From assembly GCA_963759955.1 (NCBI GenBank), contig CAVXCA010000026.1:3348-67347 (forward strand): a stretch of 64,000 nt of DNA, written 5' to 3'. Shown here in pieces: positions 1 to 8,280 of the stretch. Source of the stretch: an uncultured Alphaproteobacteria bacterium (GTDB taxonomy: Bacteria; Pseudomonadota; Alphaproteobacteria; Rhizobiales; Beijerinckiaceae). Made by a program: the position numbers and the translations under genes. The notes beneath the pieces were generated by a model. It searched no databases. It had not been told where the DNA came from and saw nothing but the letters and a program-made list of their open reading frames with translations. How positions within the stretch are numbered: the first letter of the stretch is position 1; the number at the start of each line of letters is the position of its first letter.

Positions 1-1036
1 CGATGATTTTATTGGGGTCGGCGGTCCAGGTGAAGGGCGCGGATTGCCGATTGTGCTCTTCGAGGAATCGATTGATGGCGGCCTGCAAATCGACGACCGA
101 TCGGAATACGCCGCGCTTGAGTTTGCGCTTGGTGAGCGTGGCGAAGAAGCCTTCGACGGCGTTGAGCCACGAGCAGGACGTCGGCGTGAAGTGGAAGACG
201 AACCGCTCGTGCCGAGCGAGCCACTGGAGCACTTTGGGATGCTTGTGGGCGGCGTAATTGTCGAGGATCACATGCACCATCTTGCCGGCGGGAACCCGAG
301 CGTCGATGGCGTTGAGAAAGCGGATGAACTCCTGATGGCGGTGGCGCTGCATGTTTTGGCCGATGACCGTGCCGTCGAGAATATTCATGGCGGCGAACAG
401 CGTCGTCGTGCCGTTCCTGACGTAGTCGTGGGTCATCGTGCCGGCGCGGCCCTTCTTGAGCGGCAGCCCGGGCTGGGTGCGGTCGAGCGCCTGAATTTGG
501 CTCTTCTCGTCGAGAGACAGGACGATGGCGTGCGCGGGCGGATCGACATAGAGCCCGACCACATCGCGCAGCTTCTCGATGAATTTCGGATCGTTGGAAA
601 GTTTGAACTGCCGCATGCGGTGCGGCTGAAGACCATGTTTGCGCCAGATGCGTTGAACCGAGCTGACGGAGACGCCCGAGGCCTTCGCCATCAAAGCGCC
701 GGTCCAATGCGTTGTCTCCCCCGGCGGCGGATCGAGCGTCAGGGCCACGACCCGCGCAACGATCTCGTCCGCCAGCAGCTTGACGCGCGAAGGCCGCGTC
801 TTGTCGCGCGCCAGCCCCTCGAACCCTTCGTCGGCGAACCGTTCCTGCCAGCGCCAGACACAAGTTTTCGACTTGCCCGTCCGGCGCATGATCTCGTTCG
901 TGCCCACGCCGTCGGCCGTCAAAAGCACGATCTGGCCCCGCCAAACGTGCTTCTGCGGCGCGTTGCGATCCTTGATCAGAGCCAAAAGCCGGAGCCGATC
1001 TTCCGCCGAAACGGCAAGCGATATTCCCGTGCGCAT
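1..1036 (-). CDS. IS630-family DDE transposase (runs off window; absent from ORF track)
   Basis: Manual translation from the ATG at 1036: MRTGISLAVSAEDRLRL...LDEKSQIQALDRTQPGLP...THDYVRNGTTTLFAA...ILDNYAAHKH...FTPTSCSWLNAVE...PFTWTADPNKII. These are typical IS630 motifs. Confidence 0.95.
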   Translation of the reverse strand, partial: MRTGISLAVSAEDRLRLLALIKDRNAPQKHVWRGQIVLLTADGVGTNEIMRRTGKSKTCVWRWQERFADEGFEGLARDKTRPSRVKLLADEIVARVVALTLDPPPGETTHWTGALMAKASGVSVSSVQRIWRKHGLQPHRMRQFKLSNDPKFIEKLRDVVGLYVDPPAHAIVLSLDEKSQIQALDRTQPGLPLKKGRAGTMTHDYVRNGTTTLFAAMNILDGTVIGQNMQRHRHQEFIRFLNAIDARVPAGKMVHVILDNYAAHKHPKVLQWLARHERFVFHFTPTSCSWLNAVEGFFATLTKRKLKRGVFRSVVDLQAAINRFLEEHNRQSAPFTWTADPNKII

Positions 1037-1105
1037 GCGCCAGACTCGCACATCGCCAGTCCGCCGGGAATCCTCAATAGGATTCAAATGTCAGATTTCA
1101 TCCAC
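1..1105 (-). mobile_element. IS630-family insertion sequence (partial; other end beyond window)
   Basis: Transposase on the minus strand. The terminus GTGGATGAAATCTGACATTTGAATC (minus strand) abuts a TA dinucleotide at 1106-1107, the IS630 target. Confidence 0.9.
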
Positions 1106-2177
1106 TAGAGTCAATTCGTTCAGCGGGAATGTCCTGGTAATTTGTTATAAGACGATAGAGCACCTGTCTCGCGTACTCGTCGTGATCGGGTAAAGAATAA
1201 CCGATAATCACCATTCGAAAGCTATAACCGCCGTCGCGCCCCATCCCCCTCCAATAGTCCTCCAACTGGTGCGCATATACGACTTTGGTAGTCGACGGCG
1301 CTATCAACGTCGGCGTCGACAAGAAAAAAGGTGGGGCAGAATAGAGGCGCTCGATGTCGAGTACGCGTTGGACTTCGCGAAGAGGGTCGTCCTCAAATCG
1401 TGGACCCACAACGATTGGCGTGGTCACGAAATTGCTGGGCGAGTTGAATATTGGGTCATCAGGTACATAACCAGGGTGGCCATCGCGGTCTGCGGATTCT
1501 TGCGTGAGGCGAAAACTCTTTCGACTGAACCAGTCGAGGGAGCCGTGCATCTTCAATATGGCAACTTCGCCATAACAAGATGGGTCGATCGAACCCGAGT
1601 TACCGATAATTGAGGTGTAACGCATCGGTGCTAGTCGATAAGGTTTTCCGACGTGCTCGCATGCTCGCTCCAGAAGTATGTCGTAGTTGAATGTAATTAC
1701 GCGATCCCAAGGCTGCAATTTCTCTGCGAACCGGAGATACAAAGAGGGAATTGAGGTTGGGGCTGGAGTGCGCTCGGTGAGAATTTGGCCAATCAACGTC
1801 TTTACAATGACCTGACTTTCGTTGCCGTCTTCGCTCCACGTGTCGGAGCCGCGGAGGCCGAGATAATGTTCAATGTCTAGAAATCCCAAGAACTCTTCAA
1901 AATCCACACCGTCGCGTTGCAACTGACGTCCTTCAGCACGCTCCTTGAATTCGATGTAGTCGTCCAGGTCTTTACGAAATTGCCCAGCACGGCCCGTCAT
2001 ACGCACCGCGCGACGGTACACTTCTTTCCAAAGCTCCTCTGCCAGCGGCAACCCAGCGGCGACAGAGAACCCGGCACCCAATATGTACAGCGCGTGCTTT
2101 TGCGAGGCCCACGCCTCGGCAAGATTTTCAGACACGGCAGGAGCCAGGCTCAAATTGGGTGAGTGCCGCAAGCGCAC
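1098..2177 (-). CDS. SIR2-like (SIR2_2) domain protein, 3' end interrupted by IS630
   Basis: Motifs ILGAGFS, ITFNYD, KMHGSLDW and IIGYSLP. The stop codon (1098-1100) lies inside the IS end. The start is uncertain (GTG 2177 or a downstream GTG). Confidence 0.85.
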   Translation of the reverse strand: MRLRHSPNLSLAPAVSENLAEAWASQKHALYILGAGFSVAAGLPLAEELWKEVYRRAVRMTGRAGQFRKDLDDYIEFKERAEGRQLQRDGVDFEEFLGFLDIEHYLGLRGSDTWSEDGNESQVIVKTLIGQILTERTPAPTSIPSLYLRFAEKLQPWDRVITFNYDILLERACEHVGKPYRLAPMRYTSIIGNSGSIDPSCYGEVAILKMHGSLDWFSRKSFRLTQESADRDGHPGYVPDDPIFNSPSNFVTTPIVVGPRFEDDPLREVQRVLDIERLYSAPPFFLSTPTLIAPSTTKVVYAHQLEDYWRGMGRDGGYSFRMVIIGYSLPDHDEYARQVLYRLITNYQDIPAERIDSSG

Positions 2178-2241
2178 CGATGGTCAAGACACTACCACTT
2201 TCTCGCATCGCGCAACTATCGAGGCAACCGTCATCCCGCGC

Positions 2242-3552
2242 TCACCAACTATCCGCGTCCCGCCGTTTCTTACGCCTCGGCCGCTTCGCCGGCACCTTCG
2301 GGAACGACGCGGCGATCCGCTCCTCCACTGGCGCACGTGGCATCATGTGGCGCGCATGTGCGAAGGCGACGACGCTTGCAAAGCGCGCGCCCAGCGGCGG
2401 GGGAGTGAGCGTGTCGATCAAGCGCGGCTCCAATGGCGCGCCGTCACGCATCAGTTTGATCCAAGCTCTATGATTGTTCGTCTGCGTCAACGGCACTGGA
2501 TTGCTCATGCCGAGTTCTCCCGCGAGACGCTTGGCGTCGTGAGCGCCGACGCGAAAGACGACAATCGTTCCGGCGTTGCCGAAGACGGCATGTTGTAGGG
2601 CTTCCGGAAGCTGGGCGATCTGCTGATTCGCCGCAACCAATGAGAGACGCCACTTGCGCGCTTCCGAGAGAATCGATGCGAAACTCTCGGTCGCGAAGTT
2701 TTGGAATTCATCGACGTACAGCGTGAAGTCGCGGCGCTCGTGCTCCGGCATGTGCCGGCGCGCTTCGGCCGCTTGCGAGCAAGCGGTGATGAGAAGCGCG
2801 CCCAAGAGGTGCGCCGGCTCCGTGCCAAGATTGCCCTTCGACAGATTGACGATGAGCACCTTGCCCTTATTCATTACGTCGGGGATTTTGAGCGTCGAAG
2901 AATTCTGACAGAGGATCGATCGAATGAACGGGTTGGCGAGGAATGCGCCAACTTTGTTTTGGATCGGCGCAATCGCCTCGTTGCGGAATCGTATGTCGTA
3001 GGCGGCGTACTCGGTCAACCAAAACGCGCGCACGACGGGGTCTTGGCAGCGGACGACAAGCCGATGGCGATAGTCGTCGTCGACCAGCAAACGGGGAAGT
3101 CCGAGCAATGTTTCATCGCGGGCGTCGAGCAGCAAGCGAATCGAATGACCGAGGATATATTCGAGGCGTGCGCCCCACGTGTTTGCCCAAATGTTTTTGA
3201 ATGACGAGACGATGTTCGCGGCGGTGGTCGCGCGCTCGGCTTCGGGGACGTTCGATAGGGGATTGTAAGCGAAGGTGTGGGTGGGGTCGGACGGGTCGAG
3301 ATAGATCACGTCCGCCCGGCGCTCCTTCGGAGCGAGGCTGGCGATGTGCTGGCTCGCATCGCCGTGGGGATCGAGAAAGCAGAAGCCCGCGCCGGCCTGA
3401 AGGTCGGCGTGCATGAGGTTGAGTAACAGTCCGGTCTTGCCGGTACCGGTCATGCCGACGACGTAGACATGCCGGCGGCGGTCAGCTTGCAACAGCGGCA
3501 CGCTCTCGCCGGTCGAGAGCGTGCCGAGAATCGTTTCGTGGTTCGTGAGCAT
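2242..3552 (-). CDS. Soluble TrwB/TraD/VirD4-HerA-like P-loop ATPase (T4SS DNA-binding domain type)
   Basis: Walker A GMTGTGKT, FCFLDPHGD, Walker B LYVDEFQNF, EARKWRL, ANQ, FGNAGT. No N-terminal TM segment. Likely ATG at 3552 (MLTNHETILG). Confidence 0.85.
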   Translation of the reverse strand: MLTNHETILGTLSTGESVPLLQADRRRHVYVVGMTGTGKTGLLLNLMHADLQAGAGFCFLDPHGDASQHIASLAPKERRADVIYLDPSDPTHTFAYNPLSNVPEAERATTAANIVSSFKNIWANTWGARLEYILGHSIRLLLDARDETLLGLPRLLVDDDYRHRLVVRCQDPVVRAFWLTEYAAYDIRFRNEAIAPIQNKVGAFLANPFIRSILCQNSSTLKIPDVMNKGKVLIVNLSKGNLGTEPAHLLGALLITACSQAAEARRHMPEHERRDFTLYVDEFQNFATESFASILSEARKWRLSLVAANQQIAQLPEALQHAVFGNAGTIVVFRVGAHDAKRLAGELGMSNPVPLTQTNNHRAWIKLMRDGAPLEPRLIDTLTPPPLGARFASVVAFAHARHMMPRAPVEERIAASFPKVPAKRPRRKKRRDADSW

Positions 3553-3721
3553 GGGAGGGCCGCCGCGCCGTGCCGAGTGTTCGCGCCGGTGGTGCAAGCT
3601 TCGGTCGGTTGGGGAGGCCCGCCATTGCCCGCGTGGTGAGCGCGAGCGAAGAGCTGCCTGCGGATATTGTAGCGCAGGGCAGGGGGAATAGTCGGGAGCG
3701 GTAAGGAACGGTTGAGAACCG

Positions 3722-3877
3722 TCCGCGCCAGTTCGTCGTGGCGCGCTTACGCGCGCCCGACCCAATAGGTTTTCCCGCAGCGACGTCCGTTAGGCGGAGC
3801 AAGTGGCTCGCTGATGTCCGATAGGCAGAAGAAAAGCTATTGGGTCGGGCGCGATAGCGCACGCGAACTGGCGCGGA
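3722..3877. repeat. Long bipartite inverted repeat
   Basis: 3722-3735 TCCGCGCCAGTTCG is the exact reverse complement of 3864-3877. 3752-3768 CGCGCCCGACCCAATAG is the exact reverse complement of 3837-3853. Confidence 0.9.
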
Positions 3878-3900
3878 ATCAGTGTGCTGTCGCCATTCGA

Positions 3901-3970
3901 TGGGGGAAACAGTTTCCCCCACCGTTTCCCCCTGCGCATATGCCACTTCGGTGGAAGGCGGTGGGGGAAT
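3901..3970. repeat. Cluster of TGGGGGAAA-like motifs including a perfect palindrome
   Basis: TGGGGGAAAC-A-GTTTCCCCCA (3901-3921), GTTTCCCCCT (3924-3933) and GTGGGGGAAT (3961-3970). Confidence 0.7.
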
Positions 3971-3980
3971 CGATCGCCCG

Positions 3981-5183
3981 CTAGGCGGAAGGCCGGGGCT
4001 CCAGCGCGCGGAATTCGTCGAGCATGTCGGCCCATTTCTGCATGAGCCCGACACGCTCGCGCCAATAGCTCGCGCGATTGTAGGCCCGCCGTATCGAATC
4101 GTCTTGCTGATGACCGAGCGCCGCTTCGATAACGTCGGGATTGAAGCCGTTCTCGTTGAGAATCGTGCTCGCGGTCGAGCGGAAACCGTGGGCGGTCATT
4201 TCGTCCTGGGTAAAGCCCATGCGGCGCAGGGCGGAGTTGAACGCGTTTTCGGACAGGGGCTTTCGGAACGAGCGCGTCGATGGAAAAATGAACGTGCTCA
4301 TTTCTGAGACCGGCCAAATGTCGCGCAAGATTGCGATGGCTTGTCGCGAAAGGGGAACGTCGTGCAGCCGGCGCATCTTCGTTCGCTCAGCGGGAATGCG
4401 CCAAACCGCTTTCTCGAAATTGATCTCTGACCGAGTCGCGCAACGAATCTCGCCCGGCCGTGCGAACGTCAGGGCGGAGAATTGCAGGGCCGCCTTGAGT
4501 GTCGGCCAGCCGTCGAAGGCGTCGATCGCGCGCAAGAGGCTCCCGAAGTGTCGCTCGTCGGTGATCGCCGCCCGCGGCTTGGAGTTCGGCTTAAGCAATG
4601 CGCCTTGTAGCGCGTAGCTGGGGTCGCTCGTCGCTCGCAGGGTAACGATCGCCAGCCGGAAGACTGAGCCGATAACGCCGCGCATCCGACGAGCCGTCTC
4701 TCGGCGTCCGCTCTTTTCGACCCGCTTCAAGAGATCGAGAATTTCGGCCGGGGTGATTTCAGTGATCGTGCGGGTCGAGATCGGACGGCACAGCTCCTCC
4801 AGGAACCATCTGTTCTTCTTCAGCGTCGATTGCGCCGCGCCGTTGGCCTCAAGCCGCTCGATGTATTCGCCAGCGATGACGCCGAAGGTGTTGTGCGACG
4901 TGGCTTCGGCGGCGATCCGGTCGAGTTTCTTTTGCACTGATGGATCGGTGCCCGCGATGATCTGCCGCTTCGCTTCTTCGCGCTTCCGCCTGGCGTCGGC
5001 CAACGAGACGATCGGGTAGGGGCCGATCGATAGGGTTCGCTCTTTGCCGAGAAAGAAGTAGCGCAGCCGCCAAAATTTGGAGCCGTTCGGCTGGACGACA
5101 AGGAAAAGACCGCCGCCGTCTGCGAGCTTGAACGCTTTCGCCGCGGGCTTGGCGTTGTCGACGGCGAGATTCGTGAGCGCCAT
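3981..5183 (-). CDS. P4-like tyrosine recombinase/integrase with N-terminal arm-binding domain
   Basis: N-terminal KLADGGGLFLVVQPNGSKFWRLRY. Catalytic R (ARPGEIR), K (RTKMR), HGFR, LGH and AY. Confidence 0.95.
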   Translation of the reverse strand: MALTNLAVDNAKPAAKAFKLADGGGLFLVVQPNGSKFWRLRYFFLGKERTLSIGPYPIVSLADARRKREEAKRQIIAGTDPSVQKKLDRIAAEATSHNTFGVIAGEYIERLEANGAAQSTLKKNRWFLEELCRPISTRTITEITPAEILDLLKRVEKSGRRETARRMRGVIGSVFRLAIVTLRATSDPSYALQGALLKPNSKPRAAITDERHFGSLLRAIDAFDGWPTLKAALQFSALTFARPGEIRCATRSEINFEKAVWRIPAERTKMRRLHDVPLSRQAIAILRDIWPVSEMSTFIFPSTRSFRKPLSENAFNSALRRMGFTQDEMTAHGFRSTASTILNENGFNPDVIEAALGHQQDDSIRRAYNRASYWRERVGLMQKWADMLDEFRALEPRPSA

Positions 5184-5184
5184 G

Positions 5185-5249
5185 GTGGGGTAAACCTGGG
5201 TATCTCGCCAGTGGGGAAAATGGGCGTTGCCCAGGAATCTACCCCAAAA
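5185..5249. promoter_or_regulatory. Putative integrase arm-type binding repeats
   Basis: GTGGGGTAAA (5185-5194), GTGGGGAAAA (5211-5220) and inverted TACCCCAAAA (5240-5249), located between the integrase start and the tRNA. Confidence 0.5.
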
Positions 5250-5359
5250 TCGACGCGACGCAACGTTCCACCATGCACAACCATGCGACGGGGAATGACG
5301 ATAACGATCTGATTTTCAGGGGAAAATGAGCGACTATGAGATACTACGAAACGATGTTG

Positions 5360-5445
5360 TGGTGCCCCTGGCCGGAATCGAACCAGCACTCCTTGCGGAA
5401 CTCGATTTTGAGTTCGAGCGCGTCTACCAGTTCCGCCACAGGGGC
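5360..5445 (-). tRNA. tRNA-Leu(CAA), class II, encoded CCA; one extra base in the anticodon loop
   Basis: GCCCCTGTGGCGGAACTGGTAGACGCGCTCGAACTCAAAATCGAGTTCCGCAAGGAGTGCTGGTTCGATTCCGGCCAGGGGCACCA: acceptor stem, D-loop, long variable arm and TTCGA T-loop. Confidence 0.93.
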
Positions 5446-5628
5446 CCGCGCCAAGCGGTCGCCGCGGCGATATAGAACGGCGGCGGGCGCGCGGTCAACG
5501 GTGGCGGCGGCGGCTTTAGCGCCTCGAATTCAGGAAATCCTCATCATCGCGCGCTATGCCGGCGCGATGGACTTCGCGGCCGCCGGCGGCTAAGCGTGCG
5601 GCGGCGCGGGCGTTCTCATCGGATCGGC

Positions 5629-6210
5629 ATGTTCAAGAGCCTCTATTCCAGGATCATCGCGCTCTCCGAGAGCGCCAACGCGCCTTACGCGCTCGCCGCG
5701 GTCGCTTTCGCCGAGAGTTCGTTCTTTCCCCTGCCCCCCGACGTGATCCTGGCGCCGATGTCGCTCGCCAAGCCGCAGCTCGCCTGGCGCTATGCGCTGA
5801 TCGCCACGATCGCCTCGGTCGTGGGCGGCGTCGTCGGCTATGGCATCGGCGCGCTGCTGTTCGACACGCTCGGCCAGTGGTTGATCCATCTATACGGCTA
5901 CGCCGACAAGATGGCGGCGCTGAAGGAGACCTATGCGCGATGGGGCGCGCTGGTGATCCTCATCAAGGGGTTGACGCCGATCCCCTATAAGCTGGTCACC
6001 ATCGTCAGCGGGCTGCTCGGCTACAACTTCGCGGCGTTCGTCGGGCTTTCGCTGGTGACGCGCGGCGCGCGGTTCTTTCTGCTTGCGGGCGCGCTCAATC
6101 ATTTCGGCGATCCGCTGCGCCTCGCGCTCGAACGTCATTTTGCCGTTTTCCTCGGGCTCATCGCGATCATGGTCGTGGCGGGCTTCGTCATCGCGACGCG
6201 GGTGCTCTGA
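5629..6210 (+). CDS. YqaA/DedA (SNARE-associated) family membrane protein
   Basis: AFAESSFFPLPPDV, ATIASVVGG, GLTPIPYK and RGARFF motifs. Confidence 0.9.
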   Translation: MFKSLYSRIIALSESANAPYALAAVAFAESSFFPLPPDVILAPMSLAKPQLAWRYALIATIASVVGGVVGYGIGALLFDTLGQWLIHLYGYADKMAALKETYARWGALVILIKGLTPIPYKLVTIVSGLLGYNFAAFVGLSLVTRGARFFLLAGALNHFGDPLRLALERHFAVFLGLIAIMVVAGFVIATRVL

Positions 6211-6719
6211 TGTCCTTTGTTGTGGCGGCTCTTCCCAAACGCGCGACCGACAACGCGCTGGCGATCGGCGGGCTCGCCTTCGCGACGATCGTCGCGGCGT
6301 GGGTGTTTCAAGCGCTCGGCTACGCCCCTTGCGATCTCTGCCTCGAGCAGCGTTACGCCTATTACGCCGGCGTTCCCCTCGCCGCCGTCGCATTCGCTCT
6401 GGCGGCGTCCGGAGCCAGCCGCGCCCTAATGCGCGGCGCGTTTTGGCTGCTGGCGCTGATCTTCGTCGGCAACGTCGTCCTGGCGACGTACCATTCGGGC
6501 GTCGAACTCCACCTCTGGCAGGGTCCGACCGCCTGCACCGGCGCGATCGACGCGCCAAAGGGCGCCGGCAACCTTCTTGATCAGCTCGCGACCGTCAAGG
6601 TCGTGAACTGCGACGTCGTGCAGATCAGGATTTTCGGCCTTTCGTTCGCCAACTGGAACATTCTCGTTTCCGGCGCCCTGGCGACGCTCGCCGCGCGCGC
6701 TGCGTTGGCGCGCGGCTGA
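6210..6719 (+). CDS. dsbB: Disulfide bond formation protein B
   Basis: TM helices, PCDLCLEQR (CxxC), and a second Cys pair in the periplasmic loop. Confidence 0.88.
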   Translation: MSFVVAALPKRATDNALAIGGLAFATIVAAWVFQALGYAPCDLCLEQRYAYYAGVPLAAVAFALAASGASRALMRGAFWLLALIFVGNVVLATYHSGVELHLWQGPTACTGAIDAPKGAGNLLDQLATVKVVNCDVVQIRIFGLSFANWNILVSGALATLAARAALARG

Positions 6720-6750
6720 AGGCCGCGATTGCGGCTAAGCGGACCTCGCT

Positions 6751-8280
6751 CTAAATCGGCGCCTTGCCCAGCGGCAAGCCGTTGACCTTCATCATGCCGT
6801 CTGCGCCGAGCTCCCCGATCCAGGTCAACGAGCCGTCGCTTTCGGTCTTGGCTAGGCCCTTGGCCATCGCCAGAACGGGAACCATCTTCTTTTCCGCCTC
6901 CGGGCCGAGGCCCTTCAGCGCCGCCTGCGTCTTGTCGAAATTGCGCATGTGCACGGTGAACGTTCCCGTAGGCATCTTGGCCTGATAGCGGACCTGGCCT
7001 TCGAACGCGATGTCGAGCTGCGGCGCGACGATGTGCGAAGGCGGGATGTCGACGACCAAGGGTCCTGCGCCGGTCAGCTTGGCCCAGACCTTTGCGTCGT
7101 CTTCGTCGGAGATCGGCGGCGCGTCGCCGACCAGATGCATGTCGGCGACCGCTTCCGCGCCCGCGGCCGTCAGATCGAAGCCGCTGACCTTGAACCCGAC
7201 GTCGAACGACGTCGGAACGAGATCGCGGAACATCGCGGGGACGAGGCCGGGCGGCAGCGTGAGGCCGCTCGCGGAGAAATGCTCCTCAAATCGGCTGGCG
7301 GAACCGGCCGCCGCGCCGCCGAGCCCCACCTTGGCGCCGTCGAAGGCGATCGGGCCCTGCGGCGTTTGCACGGTGAGCTTCTGCATTCCGACGTCTTCGT
7401 CGAGCGAGAGCTGGCTGGCGAGCGCCGCCGTCAGCAGCGTCTTGAAAGGCGCCTCGTTGGCGGCGAGTTCCGGTCGCGTCGGATGGGCGACCAGGAAAGC
7501 CCAGAGGTCGAGCAGCGGCTTCGGCTTCACGCCGCCCAATTTCATTTCGACGGACGCCTTGTCGGCCTGGGCGGCGATATTGACAGGCTTGGCGTTTGGC
7601 TTGGAATCGGCGTTCGGGTTGGCGCTCGCATCCGGTTTGATCGCGTTGGGATCGATCGTCATCGTCAAAGCGAGGGCGCCGATGGTTTCCTGCACGTCCG
7701 TCGCCTGCGCGCCGTCGGCGGACGCTTGGCTCGCCGTCGTGGCCTGCATCCCACCAAAATCCACCTTTTCGTCGATGCCGGGCCCCTGCGCGTGCATGGC
7801 GAATTTGTCGCCGCTCGCTTGGCCGCTCCGGACCCAGGAAGTCGCCGGATCGATCACCATGACGTTCTTCAGGCCGCCAAAAGTCATGGTCGAATCGAAG
7901 GTCAAGTCCTTGTGTTTCGAATGGGCGACGATAGTCGGGAACTCGCTCTGTTCGACGCGCCAGGCGCCGTCGTCCTGTTCGATCACTTTGAACTTCATGA
8001 TCGCAGAGTCGTAGCTGACGCCTGTGGCCTTGAGCGGAGCGAGAAGAGCGCCGATGTCGAACGCGACGAGGTAGTCTGCGCTCTCCGGCGTAACGACGAT
8101 CGAAGAAGGGGCGCCGGCGGTCTGTTGTCCGGCATAGGTCGCGAAGAATGCGCTGAGCTTTTGCGCTCCCTCGGGCGTGGCGGGCAAGTCTTTCGCGGCG
8201 GCGCCGACGGTGAGCGCGCCGAGCGCGGCGGTCGCGAGCAACGAGGCGCGCCAAGGAAAGCGAGTCTGGCGAGGCGGCAT
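6751..8280 (-). CDS. Large secreted hypothetical protein
   Basis: Signal peptide MPPRQTRFPWRASLLATAALGALTVGAAA from ATG 8280. The upstream part of the track ORF is a shadow frame. Confidence 0.8.
   Translation of the reverse strand: MPPRQTRFPWRASLLATAALGALTVGAAAKDLPATPEGAQKLSAFFATYAGQQTAGAPSSIVVTPESADYLVAFDIGALLAPLKATGVSYDSAIMKFKVIEQDDGAWRVEQSEFPTIVAHSKHKDLTFDSTMTFGGLKNVMVIDPATSWVRSGQASGDKFAMHAQGPGIDEKVDFGGMQATTASQASADGAQATDVQETIGALALTMTIDPNAIKPDASANPNADSKPNAKPVNIAAQADKASVEMKLGGVKPKPLLDLWAFLVAHPTRPELAANEAPFKTLLTAALASQLSLDEDVGMQKLTVQTPQGPIAFDGAKVGLGGAAAGSASRFEEHFSASGLTLPPGLVPAMFRDLVPTSFDVGFKVSGFDLTAAGAEAVADMHLVGDAPPISDEDDAKVWAKLTGAGPLVVDIPPSHIVAPQLDIAFEGQVRYQAKMPTGTFTVHMRNFDKTQAALKGLGPEAEKKMVPVLAMAKGLAKTESDGSLTWIGELGADGMMKVNGLPLGKAPI

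Larger units (their letters stand above)
1..5362. mobile_element. Genomic island integrated at the 3' end of tRNA-Leu; left boundary lies outside the window
   Basis: P4-like integrase lies directly 3' of the tRNA, followed by ATPase, SIR2-like gene and IS630. The cargo is AT-richer than the flanking core genes. Confidence 0.85.

Noticed and set aside
44-1108. 354-aa plus-strand ORF and 311-aa minus-strand ORF over the IS
   Set aside because: They are shadow frames of the IS630 transposase, whose real frame (ATG 1036, open to the window edge) carries all the motifs.
3553-3765. 71-aa N-terminal extension of the ATPase ORF
   Set aside because: Low-complexity, non-protein-like sequence overlapping the hairpin. 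ATG 3552 is more plausible.
3866-3880. CTGGCGCGGAATC resembling the tRNA 3' segment CTGGCCGGAATC as a possible attR
   Set aside because: It is too short, needs a gap, lacks the GGTGCCCC acceptor part, and overlaps the inverted-repeat arm.
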